Shown here piece after piece: positions 9,136 through 16,903 of a DNA stretch of 32,000 nt. Position 1 is the first letter of the stretch, and each line of letters begins with the position of its first letter. The stretch covers positions 26,415 to 58,414 of the forward strand of contig NQJD01000013.1 in assembly GCA_004284765.1 (NCBI GenBank). Direction: 5' to 3'. Both the position numbers and the translations under genes were made by a program. The DNA is from Candidatus Electronema aureum. GTDB taxonomy: Bacteria; Desulfobacterota; Desulfobulbia; Desulfobulbales; Desulfobulbaceae. Under the pieces are notes generated by a model. The model was not told the DNA's origin. It did not search any database and saw only the letters and a program-made list of their open reading frames with translations.

Positions 9136-9277
9136 TTTTTCCGGTTCCGGTGGTTGTTTTGCTGGCAGCGGGCCGCGTTTCTGGTACTATAGCCGGTTGC
9201 GGCCCGGCTTGCAGGACAATTTTTCCGCAGGCAGTTTTTCATTTTTTCCTTTGGCAAAATTTAACTCAGAAAAGACC

Positions 9278-9454
9278 ATGATCAGCCAGAAACTCCTCGA
9301 AATTATTGCCTGTCCCAAGTGCAAGGGACAGGTACAGCTCTCTGAAACCCAAGACGGCCTCATCTGCACCGTCTGTCAGCTTGTTTATGAAATTCGAGAT
9401 GATATCCCGATTATGCTGATTGATGAGGCCAAGCCACTGATACAAGCAGCATGA
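9278..9454 (+). CDS. Trm112/YcaR (UPF0434) family small zinc-ribbon protein
   Basis: ORF track 9197..9454(+), trimmed to the ATG at 9278: MISQKLLEIIACPKCKGQVQLSETQDGLICTVCQLVYEIRDDIPIMLIDEA. It has the CPxC...C-x2-C pairs and the family-typical IPIML ending. Confidence 0.8.
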   Translation: MISQKLLEIIACPKCKGQVQLSETQDGLICTVCQLVYEIRDDIPIMLIDEAKPLIQAA

Positions 9455-9461
9455 AAAAATC

Positions 9462-9575
9462 AGAAGTTACGTAGGCTTAAAATATAACGAATTGATTTTA
9501 TTCATGAGTTTCTTTTTATGAAAAAGATAACCTGCTTGAATTATTCATTTTGTAATATTGAACTGCGTAACTCCT
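9462..9575. repeat. 114-bp MITE-like element, copy A (degenerate left TIR, intact right TIR)
   Basis: The right end tgaactgcgtaactcct (9559-9575) matches the right TIR of the 27698-27811 copy at 16 of 17 positions. The left end agaagttacgtagg resembles aggagttacgcagt. Shared internal blocks are ttgatttt(a/g)ttca, tttatg and tgtaata. The two copies have the same length. This one starts 8 nt after the trm112-like stop. Confidence 0.6.
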
Positions 9576-9608
9576 ATTAATTTTTCGCAAGTCCCATGTT
9601 TGAAAATT

Positions 9609-9617
9609 TGATATAAT
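9609..9617 (+). promoter_or_regulatory. Candidate extended -10 promoter element (TGaTATAAT) upstream of the Cys-rich OMP gene
   Basis: tgatataat lies at 9609-9617 in the AT-rich 330-nt intergenic region. No well-spaced -35 was found. It would imply a 5' UTR of about 160 nt. This rests on sequence pattern only. Confidence 0.25.
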
Positions 9618-9784
9618 CAATCGGGGTTTGTTATGAATCGGTTTTCTTTTTTGCCTTGCCAGACTGCTGAAGAAATTATATTCTAATGAAGAAAAGCTGT
9701 TCTCTTATTGTGCTTGTTTTTTCGTAAATACTCGAAATAGATGAGGCATGAGAGAAAAAATTAACAGAAAAGGAGAGTTGGAAC

Positions 9785-10909
9785 ATGAAAGTGAAGATGC
9801 TGCTGCAAACTGCTGCGCTACTGCTTCTATCAGCAGGGCTTGCCCAAGCCGGAGGTACTAAGTTCGGCAAAAAACATTTGACTTGCGATGATTGTTCAGC
9901 AGAGTGCCTGAAAAATCCCTATGCTAAAGGCTGCCCGGATATCTGCAAGTCACCTGATTGTCAGGCATCTTGCAATGACTGCCCGGCAGAATGTAAGCAG
10001 CATCCGGGCGCGAAGGGTTGTCCTGAGATATGTACAGATATCAAATGTCAGTCCTGTGAAGATTGCACCCCTGAATGCAAAAAGAATCCTACAGACACAA
10101 GCTGCCCAGATATCTGCAAGGACATGAAATGCTACACGTGCGATGACTGCTCGGTAGAATGTGTCATTGATCCTACTGGTAAAGATTGTTCTCCAGTCTG
10201 CGCTGATCTCGGTTGCAATGTCTGTGATAAATTTCCCAAAGATTGTCCGGCCTCATGCAAGGACAACCCGAACGACCCTGATAAATGTCGCGCTGAATGC
10301 AAGGATGTTCCTGAAAAATGCTTGCTACCAAAGGGAACCTGCGATGATTGTTCTCCGGCATGTAAAGATGGCACTGAAAAAGATCCAGAGGCCTGTAAAT
10401 CTTGTCCGCAGGAATGTCTGCCGGAGTTACCACCGGTTGTTGAGACTGAACGGCCTTTCAAGTTTGTTGGTGATCTCGGCTACTTCAAGCAGACTGATCC
10501 GGCAGATTACATCTTTGGACGGTTCGGCGTAGAATATAGTCCCTTTGCTACAGGCAGCGAATTTGAAAACATCTCTTTCTTGGGCATGATTGGTGCTGCC
10601 GCACAAGTGAACGGTACAGATGGTGACGATGCGCTATTGCTGGATGTTTTTGCCAACTACAACTGGAAGGCAGGCGATGTTGACGGCTGGGTCGGTCTCG
10701 GTGTGGGTGGCTGGATCACCTCCGGCGATGTGGAAGATGATTCAGGAGACACTGACATAGATGTTATGGCCAACATCGGTGCCCGCGTCTATGGCGATCC
10801 AAAAGATTTCAATGTATCTTTCTTCTTAGAGGTACGCAGTGCGGTTGATGAGTTTGACGGTTTGGCCGAATATGGTCGTTTCGGTGCAGGTGTTCGCTGC
10901 AAGTTCTAA
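9785..10909 (+). CDS. Secreted cysteine-rich tandem-repeat protein with C-terminal outer-membrane beta-barrel-like domain
   Basis: RBS aaggagag lies about 7 nt upstream of the ATG at 9785. The Sec-type signal peptide is MKVKMLLQTAALLLLSAGLAQA, with no twin-Arg. Aa 34-211 contain 36 Cys in 178 aa. Aa ~225-374 show alternating hydrophobic/Gly-rich strands ending ...RFGAGVRCKF, with the terminal Phe typical of OMP C-termini. Confidence 0.75.
   Translation: MKVKMLLQTAALLLLSAGLAQAGGTKFGKKHLTCDDCSAECLKNPYAKGCPDICKSPDCQASCNDCPAECKQHPGAKGCPEICTDIKCQSCEDCTPECKKNPTDTSCPDICKDMKCYTCDDCSVECVIDPTGKDCSPVCADLGCNVCDKFPKDCPASCKDNPNDPDKCRAECKDVPEKCLLPKGTCDDCSPACKDGTEKDPEACKSCPQECLPELPPVVETERPFKFVGDLGYFKQTDPADYIFGRFGVEYSPFATGSEFENISFLGMIGAAAQVNGTDGDDALLLDVFANYNWKAGDVDGWVGLGVGGWITSGDVEDDSGDTDIDVMANIGARVYGDPKDFNVSFFLEVRSAVDEFDGLAEYGRFGAGVRCKF
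9884..10417 (+). repeat. Coding tandem repeat: four 28-29-aa six-Cys modules plus two degenerate six-Cys modules
   Basis: The modules are CDDCSAECLKNPYAKGCPDICKSPDCQAS, CNDCPAECKQHPGAKGCPEICTDIKCQS, CEDCTPECKKNPTDTSCPDICKDMKCYT and CDDCSVECVIDPTGKDCSPVCADLGCNV. Spacing is C-x2-C-x3-C-x8-C-x3-C-x4-C. Nucleotide units have diverged while Cys positions are kept. Confidence 0.85.
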
Positions 10910-10919
10910 GGTATAAACA

Positions 10920-10954
10920 GGGTCTGCCGGTCGGCAGACCCTTCTGATTTTTTT
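10920..10954 (+). terminator. Rho-independent terminator after the Cys-rich OMP gene
   Basis: The GC-rich hairpin gggtctgc-cggtcg-gcagaccc is followed by ttctgattttttt and starts 11 nt after the stop. Confidence 0.8.
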
Positions 10955-10996
10955 CCCATTTTTTTCTATATCATCATATTGTGTGTTGCCTTTTTC

Positions 10997-11024
10997 TTGC
11001 AAAAAGAAAAAGTAAGCTATAAAT
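10997..11024 (+). promoter_or_regulatory. Candidate sigma70-type promoter for the GT2-dapF unit
   Basis: ttgcaa (10997-11002), a 15-16 nt spacer, then tataaat (11018-11024), about 90 nt upstream of the ATG at 11112. Pattern match only. Confidence 0.3.
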
Positions 11025-11111
11025 TATGCAATTAAAGTTGTAATGAGATGACTTTTAAAAAATAAGCAGGCAGGAATCAACCTGTTTTCACGCTGAATAG
11101 AGACGTTTGAT

Positions 11112-11828
11112 ATGGATTTATTAGGAAAAAAGTATATTAAAGTTTCAATCATCATCCCCGCCTATAACGAGGAAAAAACCTTAAAAACGGTAATTGATGC
11201 CGTGCAGTCAGTTAACCTGCCGTTGATCAAGGAGATTGTTGTCGTGGATGATTGTTCTACTGACAGCACCCGGCAGGTTATGGAACAACTGCGCGACGAC
11301 AACATAGTCAAGATTTTTCATGAAAAAAATCAAGGCAAAGGAGCCGCATTGCGTTCCGGTATTGCCAAAGCGACAGGTGATATTGTTCTGATTCAAGATG
11401 CAGATTTGGAATACGATCCGGCAGAATATCCCAAACTGCTCCAGCCGATTCTGGACGGCAAGGCTGACGTGGTTTATGGTTCGCGTTTTGTCGGCTCTGA
11501 AGCACACAGGGTATTGTATTTCTGGCACATGATGGGAAATCGGCTTTTGACTTTGCTCTCCAACATGTGTACTAATCTGAACTTGACCGACATGGAAACC
11601 TGCTACAAGGTCTTTCGCAAGGAGATTATTCAGAACATTAAGATTAGAGAAGATCGCTTCGGTTTTGAGCCAGAAATTACGGCAAAAGTTGCCAGAACTG
11701 GATGCCGAATTTACGAAATTGGCATTTCTTATAGCGGACGTACCTATGCCGAAGGTAAAAAGATCGGCATAAAAGACGGCTTCCGCGCTCTGTACTGTAT
11801 TATCAAATATCGTTTCCTTGCGGAATAA
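11112..11828 (+). CDS. Family 2 glycosyltransferase, soluble DPM1/polyprenol-phosphate hexose synthase-like
   Basis: ORF 11112..11828(+). Motifs are [25 protein letters not shown] and [10 protein letters not shown] (DXD). It is 238 aa with no hydrophobic helix. Confidence 0.8.
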   Translation: MDLLGKKYIKVSIIIPAYNEEKTLKTVIDAVQSVNLPLIKEIVVVDDCSTDSTRQVMEQLRDDNIVKIFHEKNQGKGAALRSGIAKATGDIVLIQDADLEYDPAEYPKLLQPILDGKADVVYGSRFVGSEAHRVLYFWHMMGNRLLTLLSNMCTNLNLTDMETCYKVFRKEIIQNIKIREDRFGFEPEITAKVARTGCRIYEIGISYSGRTYAEGKKIGIKDGFRALYCIIKYRFLAE

Positions 11829-11848
11829 ACACCAGTTGCAGTTATTTC

Positions 11849-12703
11849 ATGAACATTCCTGAATTTCCCATCCCCTTTGTCAAAATGAGTGGCACCGGCA
11901 ATGATTTTATCCTCATTGACCACCGCCAGCCGCTGATCGAGCCTGAATCCATGTCCGCCTTTGCCGCTGCTGTCTGCCGCCGCAAGTTTTCGGTCGGCGC
12001 GGACGGGTTGATTCTGATTGAAAATTCTGAGCAGGCTGATTTCCGCTGGCGTTTTTTCAACGCCGATGGCTCGGTTGCGGAAATGTGCGGCAACGGAGCG
12101 CGCTGCGCGGCCCGCTTCGCCTTCATGCAGGGCATTGCTCCGGCGAAAATGCGCTTTGAAACTTTAGCTGGGATCATCGAGGCGGAGGTTTCTGGTGACG
12201 AAGTAGCAGTGAAGATGACCGAGCCTCGTGATCTGCGCCTGCATCAGACCATCAGTGTTAACAACGCGCCGCTCATCATGCACAGCCTCAACACCGGTGT
12301 GCCTCATGCGGTGGTCTTTGTTGACAATATCGAAGAAACCGACGTGTGTGGCCTTGGCAGGGCGATCCGTTATCACGAAGCCTTTCAACCTGCTGGCACC
12401 AATGTCAATTTTGTCCAGAAGCGCGGCGAGGCCTTCAAGGTACGCACCTACGAACGCGGCGTGGAGGATGAAACCCTCGCCTGCGGCACCGGCTCCGCTG
12501 CCAGCGCGATCATCGCCGCCTTGTTGGGCCAAGCTGCCTCGCCCGTCGAAATTATCACCTCTGGCAACGACCGGTTGATGATTTTGTTCGACCTGAGCAA
12601 GGTTAAGGCTGGCGGAACAGGGCCGATTGTTTATAATGTTTTCCTCAAAGGCCCGGCCCGGATTATTTACGAGGGAGAACTGCGCAACGAGGCATTGCTT
12701 TAA
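11849..12703 (+). CDS. dapF: Diaminopimelate epimerase
   Basis: ORF 11849..12703(+). It has FVKMSGTGNDFILID and both catalytic Cys motifs (MCGNGARC and LACGTGS). Length is 284 aa. Confidence 0.9.
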   Translation: MNIPEFPIPFVKMSGTGNDFILIDHRQPLIEPESMSAFAAAVCRRKFSVGADGLILIENSEQADFRWRFFNADGSVAEMCGNGARCAARFAFMQGIAPAKMRFETLAGIIEAEVSGDEVAVKMTEPRDLRLHQTISVNNAPLIMHSLNTGVPHAVVFVDNIEETDVCGLGRAIRYHEAFQPAGTNVNFVQKRGEAFKVRTYERGVEDETLACGTGSAASAIIAALLGQAASPVEIITSGNDRLMILFDLSKVKAGGTGPIVYNVFLKGPARIIYEGELRNEALL

Positions 12704-12787
12704 TTCAGCAAAAATGAACAGATATTTTTTTCTGTAGTAAAATAGACATATGATCAATATAATATTGATGCTCAGTCAAATGATATT

Positions 12788-14086
12788 ATGAATATAACAA
12801 AAAGAGATTTTTTCGTCTCAATTATTCTGTTAATTATTTCCGCTTTTTTTTTCTGTTATGTAAACTTGAGCATTAAGTCATTCGATGAATGGCATTCTTT
12901 GAAATATGCAACACCAGACAGTAAAACATATCTTGATGTTGGCAGATGGATTTTAGGTGAAAATACATTTGATAATGCAGAAAGCAGCGTTGCGATAAGA
13001 CCTTTTTTTTATCCTCTCGTTATTGTAATTTTAGATTCAATACATCCTTTAGCTGTAGCAATATTTCAATTTACTTTATGGCAGATTCAAATTTTGATGA
13101 TTTATTTTTTTTGTATTAAAGTAAGCAGATTATTTATTTTGTCAATTTTAGTCTCGGTGTTAAGTATTGGCATCCTTTCTCCTATAGGGATATCTTTACA
13201 TGCTCTCACGGAAACGTTATCATCATTTTTCATTACTTTTTCCATATTCATATTTATCTTTTTTTTGGAAAAAAATTCATACAGATATATTTATGCATAT
13301 TTATTATCGTTATCTTTTTGTTCCGCAACCAGACCATCTTATATATATGTATATATTTTTTCAATAATGATACTTTTCTTTTTTTTAATAAAAAAAAGGA
13401 AGTTTTTTTATATATGCATACTTGCAACAACATTTCTTCCGATATCATTACAATATTATGTAATGAAGAAACATTTTGATAGCTACAAATTATCTTTTAT
13501 TGATTCCTTTGCTATAAATGATTATTTTTTATCAGGACTTGAGCTGTATAAAAGAAAAGTTGAATTTGATGCTAATAGAAATTTATACATACGAATGGTT
13601 CGCGATGCGAGACGTGAATATATGGCAGAAATGATTAAGGAAAAAGGGTATGGAGAAACATCAAAAAAAGTAAAAAGTGATCTTCTTGCCAGTTTAGTTA
13701 ATTACCCTAATGAAAGTCTTCGTCAATTTAAAGACTTAATTATTGAAAATTCAATGCAGCCATCATCATTTATTACGGCTAATAAAAATTTATACATTGC
13801 TACTTTTGCTCAAAGCAAACTTCTTTTGACAATAAATATAATTTCTGCTTTATTTTTTTCTGTGATTATTTTTAATAAAAAATATTTTGCTGAAGAAATT
13901 TATGAAAAAAATATCGTATTCAGCTTGTTGATATTTTTCTGCATATATTTTACATATATTTCTACAGGGCTTACCTTCTGGCAAGGAGACAGATTTATTA
14001 TTCCTATATACTATGCAAGTATCATGTTGTTTGTGCATCAAACAAGAATGTTTTTTGCATTTATCAGAAATACAAATAAGAAATAA
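12788..14086 (+). CDS. Polytopic integral membrane protein, possibly a GT-C-type (PMT_2/ArnT-like) glycosyltransferase
   Basis: ORF 12788..14086(+), 432 aa and extremely AT-rich. It has about 10 or more hydrophobic segments. The first loop, YATPDSKTYLDVGRWILGEN, weakly recalls the acidic first-loop motif of GT-C enzymes. The functional call is tentative. Confidence 0.6.
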   Translation: MNITKRDFFVSIILLIISAFFFCYVNLSIKSFDEWHSLKYATPDSKTYLDVGRWILGENTFDNAESSVAIRPFFYPLVIVILDSIHPLAVAIFQFTLWQIQILMIYFFCIKVSRLFILSILVSVLSIGILSPIGISLHALTETLSSFFITFSIFIFIFFLEKNSYRYIYAYLLSLSFCSATRPSYIYVYIFSIMILFFFLIKKRKFFYICILATTFLPISLQYYVMKKHFDSYKLSFIDSFAINDYFLSGLELYKRKVEFDANRNLYIRMVRDARREYMAEMIKEKGYGETSKKVKSDLLASLVNYPNESLRQFKDLIIENSMQPSSFITANKNLYIATFAQSKLLLTINIISALFFSVIIFNKKYFAEEIYEKNIVFSLLIFFCIYFTYISTGLTFWQGDRFIIPIYYASIMLFVHQTRMFFAFIRNTNKK

Positions 14087-14093
14087 TATTAAA

Positions 14094-14669
14094 ATGAAAG
14101 AGCCGATCTTTGAACCTGTTTTAAGGAAAATACGTATAGGAAAAGTTATTGATGAAATCAAAAATATTCCAAGATGCAATCTTCTCGATATTGGATGCGG
14201 TTTTAACTATAGTTTTTTGTCTGCGGTGGAACAATATATCGAGCATGGGACAGGTATTGATTTTAAAGTCAATGAAATTTATTCTGAAAAAATATCAACC
14301 ATCAAGATGGTGTTAGATGAAACCTTAAACTTCAATGACTGTTCATTTGATGCTGTAACAATGCTTGCTGTTCTTGAGCATATAGACAAGCCGATACATA
14401 TATTTTCTGAAATATATCGAGTTTTAAAGCCAGGTGGAAAATTAATACTTACGGTTCCTGGAAAAAAAGCAAAGCCGTTGTTGGAATTTCTTGCTTTCAA
14501 GATAGGAATTGTTAGTAGAGCTGAAATAGAAGACCATAAAAAATATTATGATTTAGAAGAGATCAGCCAGCTCGTATTAAATATCAATGAATTTGAAATA
14601 ATAAAGCATGAGCATTTCCAGTTTGGAATGAATAATTTTTGTGTTATAAAAAAATCTATGATTAGCTGA
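14094..14669 (+). CDS. Class I SAM-dependent methyltransferase
   Basis: ORF track 14013..14669(+), trimmed to the ATG at 14094 (MKEPIFEPVLRKI), 8 nt after the upstream stop. Motif I is LLDIGCGFNY; other motifs are AVTMLAVLEHI and LKPGGKLILTVP. Confidence 0.75.
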   Translation: MKEPIFEPVLRKIRIGKVIDEIKNIPRCNLLDIGCGFNYSFLSAVEQYIEHGTGIDFKVNEIYSEKISTIKMVLDETLNFNDCSFDAVTMLAVLEHIDKPIHIFSEIYRVLKPGGKLILTVPGKKAKPLLEFLAFKIGIVSRAEIEDHKKYYDLEEISQLVLNINEFEIIKHEHFQFGMNNFCVIKKSMIS

Positions 14670-14675
14670 TTTTTC

Positions 14676-14954
14676 TATCAAAGAAACTGACGTGCTCGGC
14701 TTTGGCCGAGTGATCCGCTGTCGCGAAGCCTTTCAGCCTGCAAACACTAACGTCAACTTTGTGCGGACGTGCAGCTTGGCCAAGCTACTTCGCCCGTTGA
14801 AATTATCACCTCCGGCAACGACCGCCTGACGATTTTATTCAACCTGCCGGAGCATAAGGCTGGCGGAACTGCGCCAATTGTTTATAATGTTTTCCTCAAA
14901 GGGCCTGCTCATGCGGTCTATCAGGGCGAGCTGACCGCCGAGGCATTGCTTTAA
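14676..14954 (+). pseudogene. Decayed second copy of the dapF 3' end (internal deletion plus frameshift, catalytic Cys region lost)
   Basis: 14681-14765 translates ETDVLGFGRVIRCREAFQPANTNVNFV, compared with dapF ETDVCGLGRAIRYHEAFQPAGTNVNFV (nt 12334 onward). About 36 codons including LACGTGS are missing. The frame then shifts to ORF 14769..14954: LGQATSPVEIITSGNDRLTILFNLPEHKAGGTAPIVYNVFLKGPAHAVYQGELTAEALL, compared with the dapF C-terminus LGQAASPVEIITSGNDRLMILFDLSKVKAGGTGPIVYNVFLKGPARIIYEGELRNEALL. Confidence 0.85.
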
Positions 14955-14970
14955 ATCCAAGGAGAATGAG

Positions 14971-15861
14971 ATGACAGCAGCACAACGAATTCAGGGCGCG
15001 ATCACCGCGATTGTCACCCCGATGCGCGACGGCAGAGTTGACGAGGAAAGCCTCGTCAATCTGATCAATTTTCAGATCGACAACGGCATTCATGGCCTCG
15101 TGCCCTGCGGCACCACCGGCGAATCAGCCACCCTCAGCTTTGCCGAGCACAAGCGGGTGATCGAGCTGACCGTGAAGACCGTGGCAGGCCGGGTGCCGGT
15201 CATTGCCGGAACCGGGGCCAACAACACTCTTGAGGCCATCGAGTTGACCGAGTCGGCCAAGGACAGCGGCGCGGACGCAGTACTCTCTGTGGTGCCCTAT
15301 TACAATAAGCCGAGCCAGGAAGGGCTGTACCGGCATTTCAAGGCCATCACCGAAACGGTGGATATTCCGGTGGTGCTCTACAACGTGCCAGGCCGCACCG
15401 TCACCAATATGGCTCCGGCCACGGTCGCACGGCTGGCCGAGCTGCCCAATGTCATCGGCATTAAGGAGGCCTGCGGCTGCCTGAACCAGATTTCCGAGAT
15501 CATCCGCATCTGCCCGAAGGACTTCATTGTGCTTTCTGGCGATGACTTCACTTCCATGCCCACCGTGCTGATTGGCGGCAATGGCGTGATCTCAGTGACC
15601 TCGAACGTAGCTCCTAAAGCGATGGCCGAGCTGATGGAAGCGGCCCTGCGCGGCGATTTGGCCAAGGCCAAGGAGATTCATTACAAATTCTTCCCGCTCA
15701 TGGGCACGATGTTCTGCTATCCCAGCCCAGCTCCGGCGAAAAAGGCCGTGCATCTGATTGGCAAGATTGCCTCGCCGGAAGTGCGCCTGCCGATGACCGA
15801 GATGGACGAGCCGTCGCTGAACAAGCTGACTGCTGAGATGAAGAAGGTGGGATTGATTTGA
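14971..15861 (+). CDS. dapA: 4-hydroxy-tetrahydrodipicolinate synthase
   Basis: ORF 14971..15861(+). RBS aaggagaa precedes the ATG. Motifs are VPCGTTGES, YYNKP, LYNVPGRT and the Schiff-base Lys context NVIGIKEA. Confidence 0.9.
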   Translation: MTAAQRIQGAITAIVTPMRDGRVDEESLVNLINFQIDNGIHGLVPCGTTGESATLSFAEHKRVIELTVKTVAGRVPVIAGTGANNTLEAIELTESAKDSGADAVLSVVPYYNKPSQEGLYRHFKAITETVDIPVVLYNVPGRTVTNMAPATVARLAELPNVIGIKEACGCLNQISEIIRICPKDFIVLSGDDFTSMPTVLIGGNGVISVTSNVAPKAMAELMEAALRGDLAKAKEIHYKFFPLMGTMFCYPSPAPAKKAVHLIGKIASPEVRLPMTEMDEPSLNKLTAEMKKVGLI

Positions 15862-15867
15862 TTTAAG

Positions 15868-15896
15868 CAGGGGCGGTTGATGAACAACTGCCTCTG
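15868..15896 (+). terminator. GC-rich stem-loop directly after dapA (possible terminator or insertion boundary)
   Basis: caggggcggttg-atgaa-caactgcctctg forms a 12-bp stem with two G-U pairs. It is not followed by a clear T-run. The sequence turns AT-rich immediately after it. Confidence 0.3.
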
Positions 15897-15917
15897 TTGC
15901 TAATATATTGCTGAAAT

Positions 15918-16856
15918 ATGAAGAAAAGACCGAGAATTATTCAGAAAACAAAAAGCCTTTTGCAGAAAGAAATATCATCGATATGTCCTTTCTGTGATAA
16001 TGAGGATGTCGATCATTTTCATTTTCATCATATTGATGAAAATCCAGAAAACAACGACATGCTTAACCTCTTGATGCTATGCCCTATTTGTCACTCAAAA
16101 ATTACAAAGGGCGATATAACGAGAGAAGATGTTGAACGGAAAAAGCGAGACATATCAACTAATCAAAAGGACGTTCTTTTGTTTTTTCAAGAAATAGCTC
16201 CGCTTGTATTTGACTTGATTATTTTTGGAGAACAGGAGAAGGATCGTAGCATAAATCCTTGGGTCAGCAGGCTGGAATCAAGATACAGCGAGATATCTAA
16301 CGAATTAAGAAGATTAGCTATTAAAGATGTTTCTATTCAGAAAGGATGGACTGTCTTGTTAGATGAATTGGCAAAGTCTATTGATAATTTTGTTAATAGG
16401 GAAGTTTGTCTGTATCGCGGCTTAACAGAAGACATTAAAGATGCCGTGGAAAAAGCTAAACACCTCAAGGTATCGATAATTGATCCTTTTTTCGCTTCAC
16501 AAAGGGCACCTTTAACACTTAAAAAAGATTTTGCGATGCAACTCAGGATGTTAAAAAGCCTGAATGATAGAGCGGAAATGATGCTCAACGAAGGAAAAAT
16601 TGAGGAGTTACAGGGGAAAGTCTCAGAAATAGGTCACGATTTATTGATATTGAGCATGTACAATACAGAGGATTTCCCGAAAGCTATAAAAGGAAAATTA
16701 TATAGCATTTCAAGAGAAATCCATTTAATGGAAACAAAGAGAAATAATCATTCTTTCGATAGACAGGAGTCATTCAGAAATCGACTCAATGAACTTAGCG
16801 GACAATTAAACGCGCTGGCAGTAGAACTGCCGAATGTAACGTATGCAGCAAACTGA
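15918..16856 (+). CDS. HNH endonuclease domain protein with a roughly 240-aa uncharacterised helical C-terminal region
   Basis: ORF 15918..16856(+). N-terminal HNH: CPFCDNEDVDHFHFHHIDENPENNDMLNLLMLCPICHSKI (C-x2-C ... HH ... N ... C-x2-CH). I recognise no motif in the remainder, which is Lys/Glu/Leu-rich. The gene is AT-rich relative to dapA and dapB. Confidence 0.7.
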   Translation: MKKRPRIIQKTKSLLQKEISSICPFCDNEDVDHFHFHHIDENPENNDMLNLLMLCPICHSKITKGDITREDVERKKRDISTNQKDVLLFFQEIAPLVFDLIIFGEQEKDRSINPWVSRLESRYSEISNELRRLAIKDVSIQKGWTVLLDELAKSIDNFVNREVCLYRGLTEDIKDAVEKAKHLKVSIIDPFFASQRAPLTLKKDFAMQLRMLKSLNDRAEMMLNEGKIEELQGKVSEIGHDLLILSMYNTEDFPKAIKGKLYSISREIHLMETKRNNHSFDRQESFRNRLNELSGQLNALAVELPNVTYAAN

Positions 16857-16871
16857 TTGATCAAAACTGAC

Positions 16872-16903
16872 ATCATAAGCATCTTTGATCATAAGCATCT
16901 TTG
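16872..16903. repeat. Perfect 16-bp tandem direct repeat (atcataagcatctttg x2)
   Basis: Read directly: 16872-16887 and 16888-16903 are identical. It lies 16 nt after the HNH gene stop, at the right edge of the AT-rich insert. Confidence 0.9.

Noticed and set aside
9518-9580. A tiny ORF (MKKITCLNYSFCNIELRNSY) inside MITE-like copy A.
   Set aside because: The corresponding frame in copy B is not conserved (MQPKFNSL, then a stop). This is most simply chance in AT-rich DNA.
9785-10909. The Cys-rich protein as a multihaem c-type cytochrome or a ferredoxin.
   Set aside because: No CxxCH haem-binding motif is present anywhere. The only His near a Cys is ECKQHP. The signal peptide is Sec-type without a twin-arginine motif, which argues against export of a pre-folded Fe-S protein.
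14769-14954. A 61-aa ORF that could be called a small gene upstream of dapA.
   Set aside because: It is the stranded C-terminal part of a second dapF copy, about 75% identical in protein to the dapF C-terminus. It lacks its own RBS and start context and is annotated as a pseudogene fragment instead.
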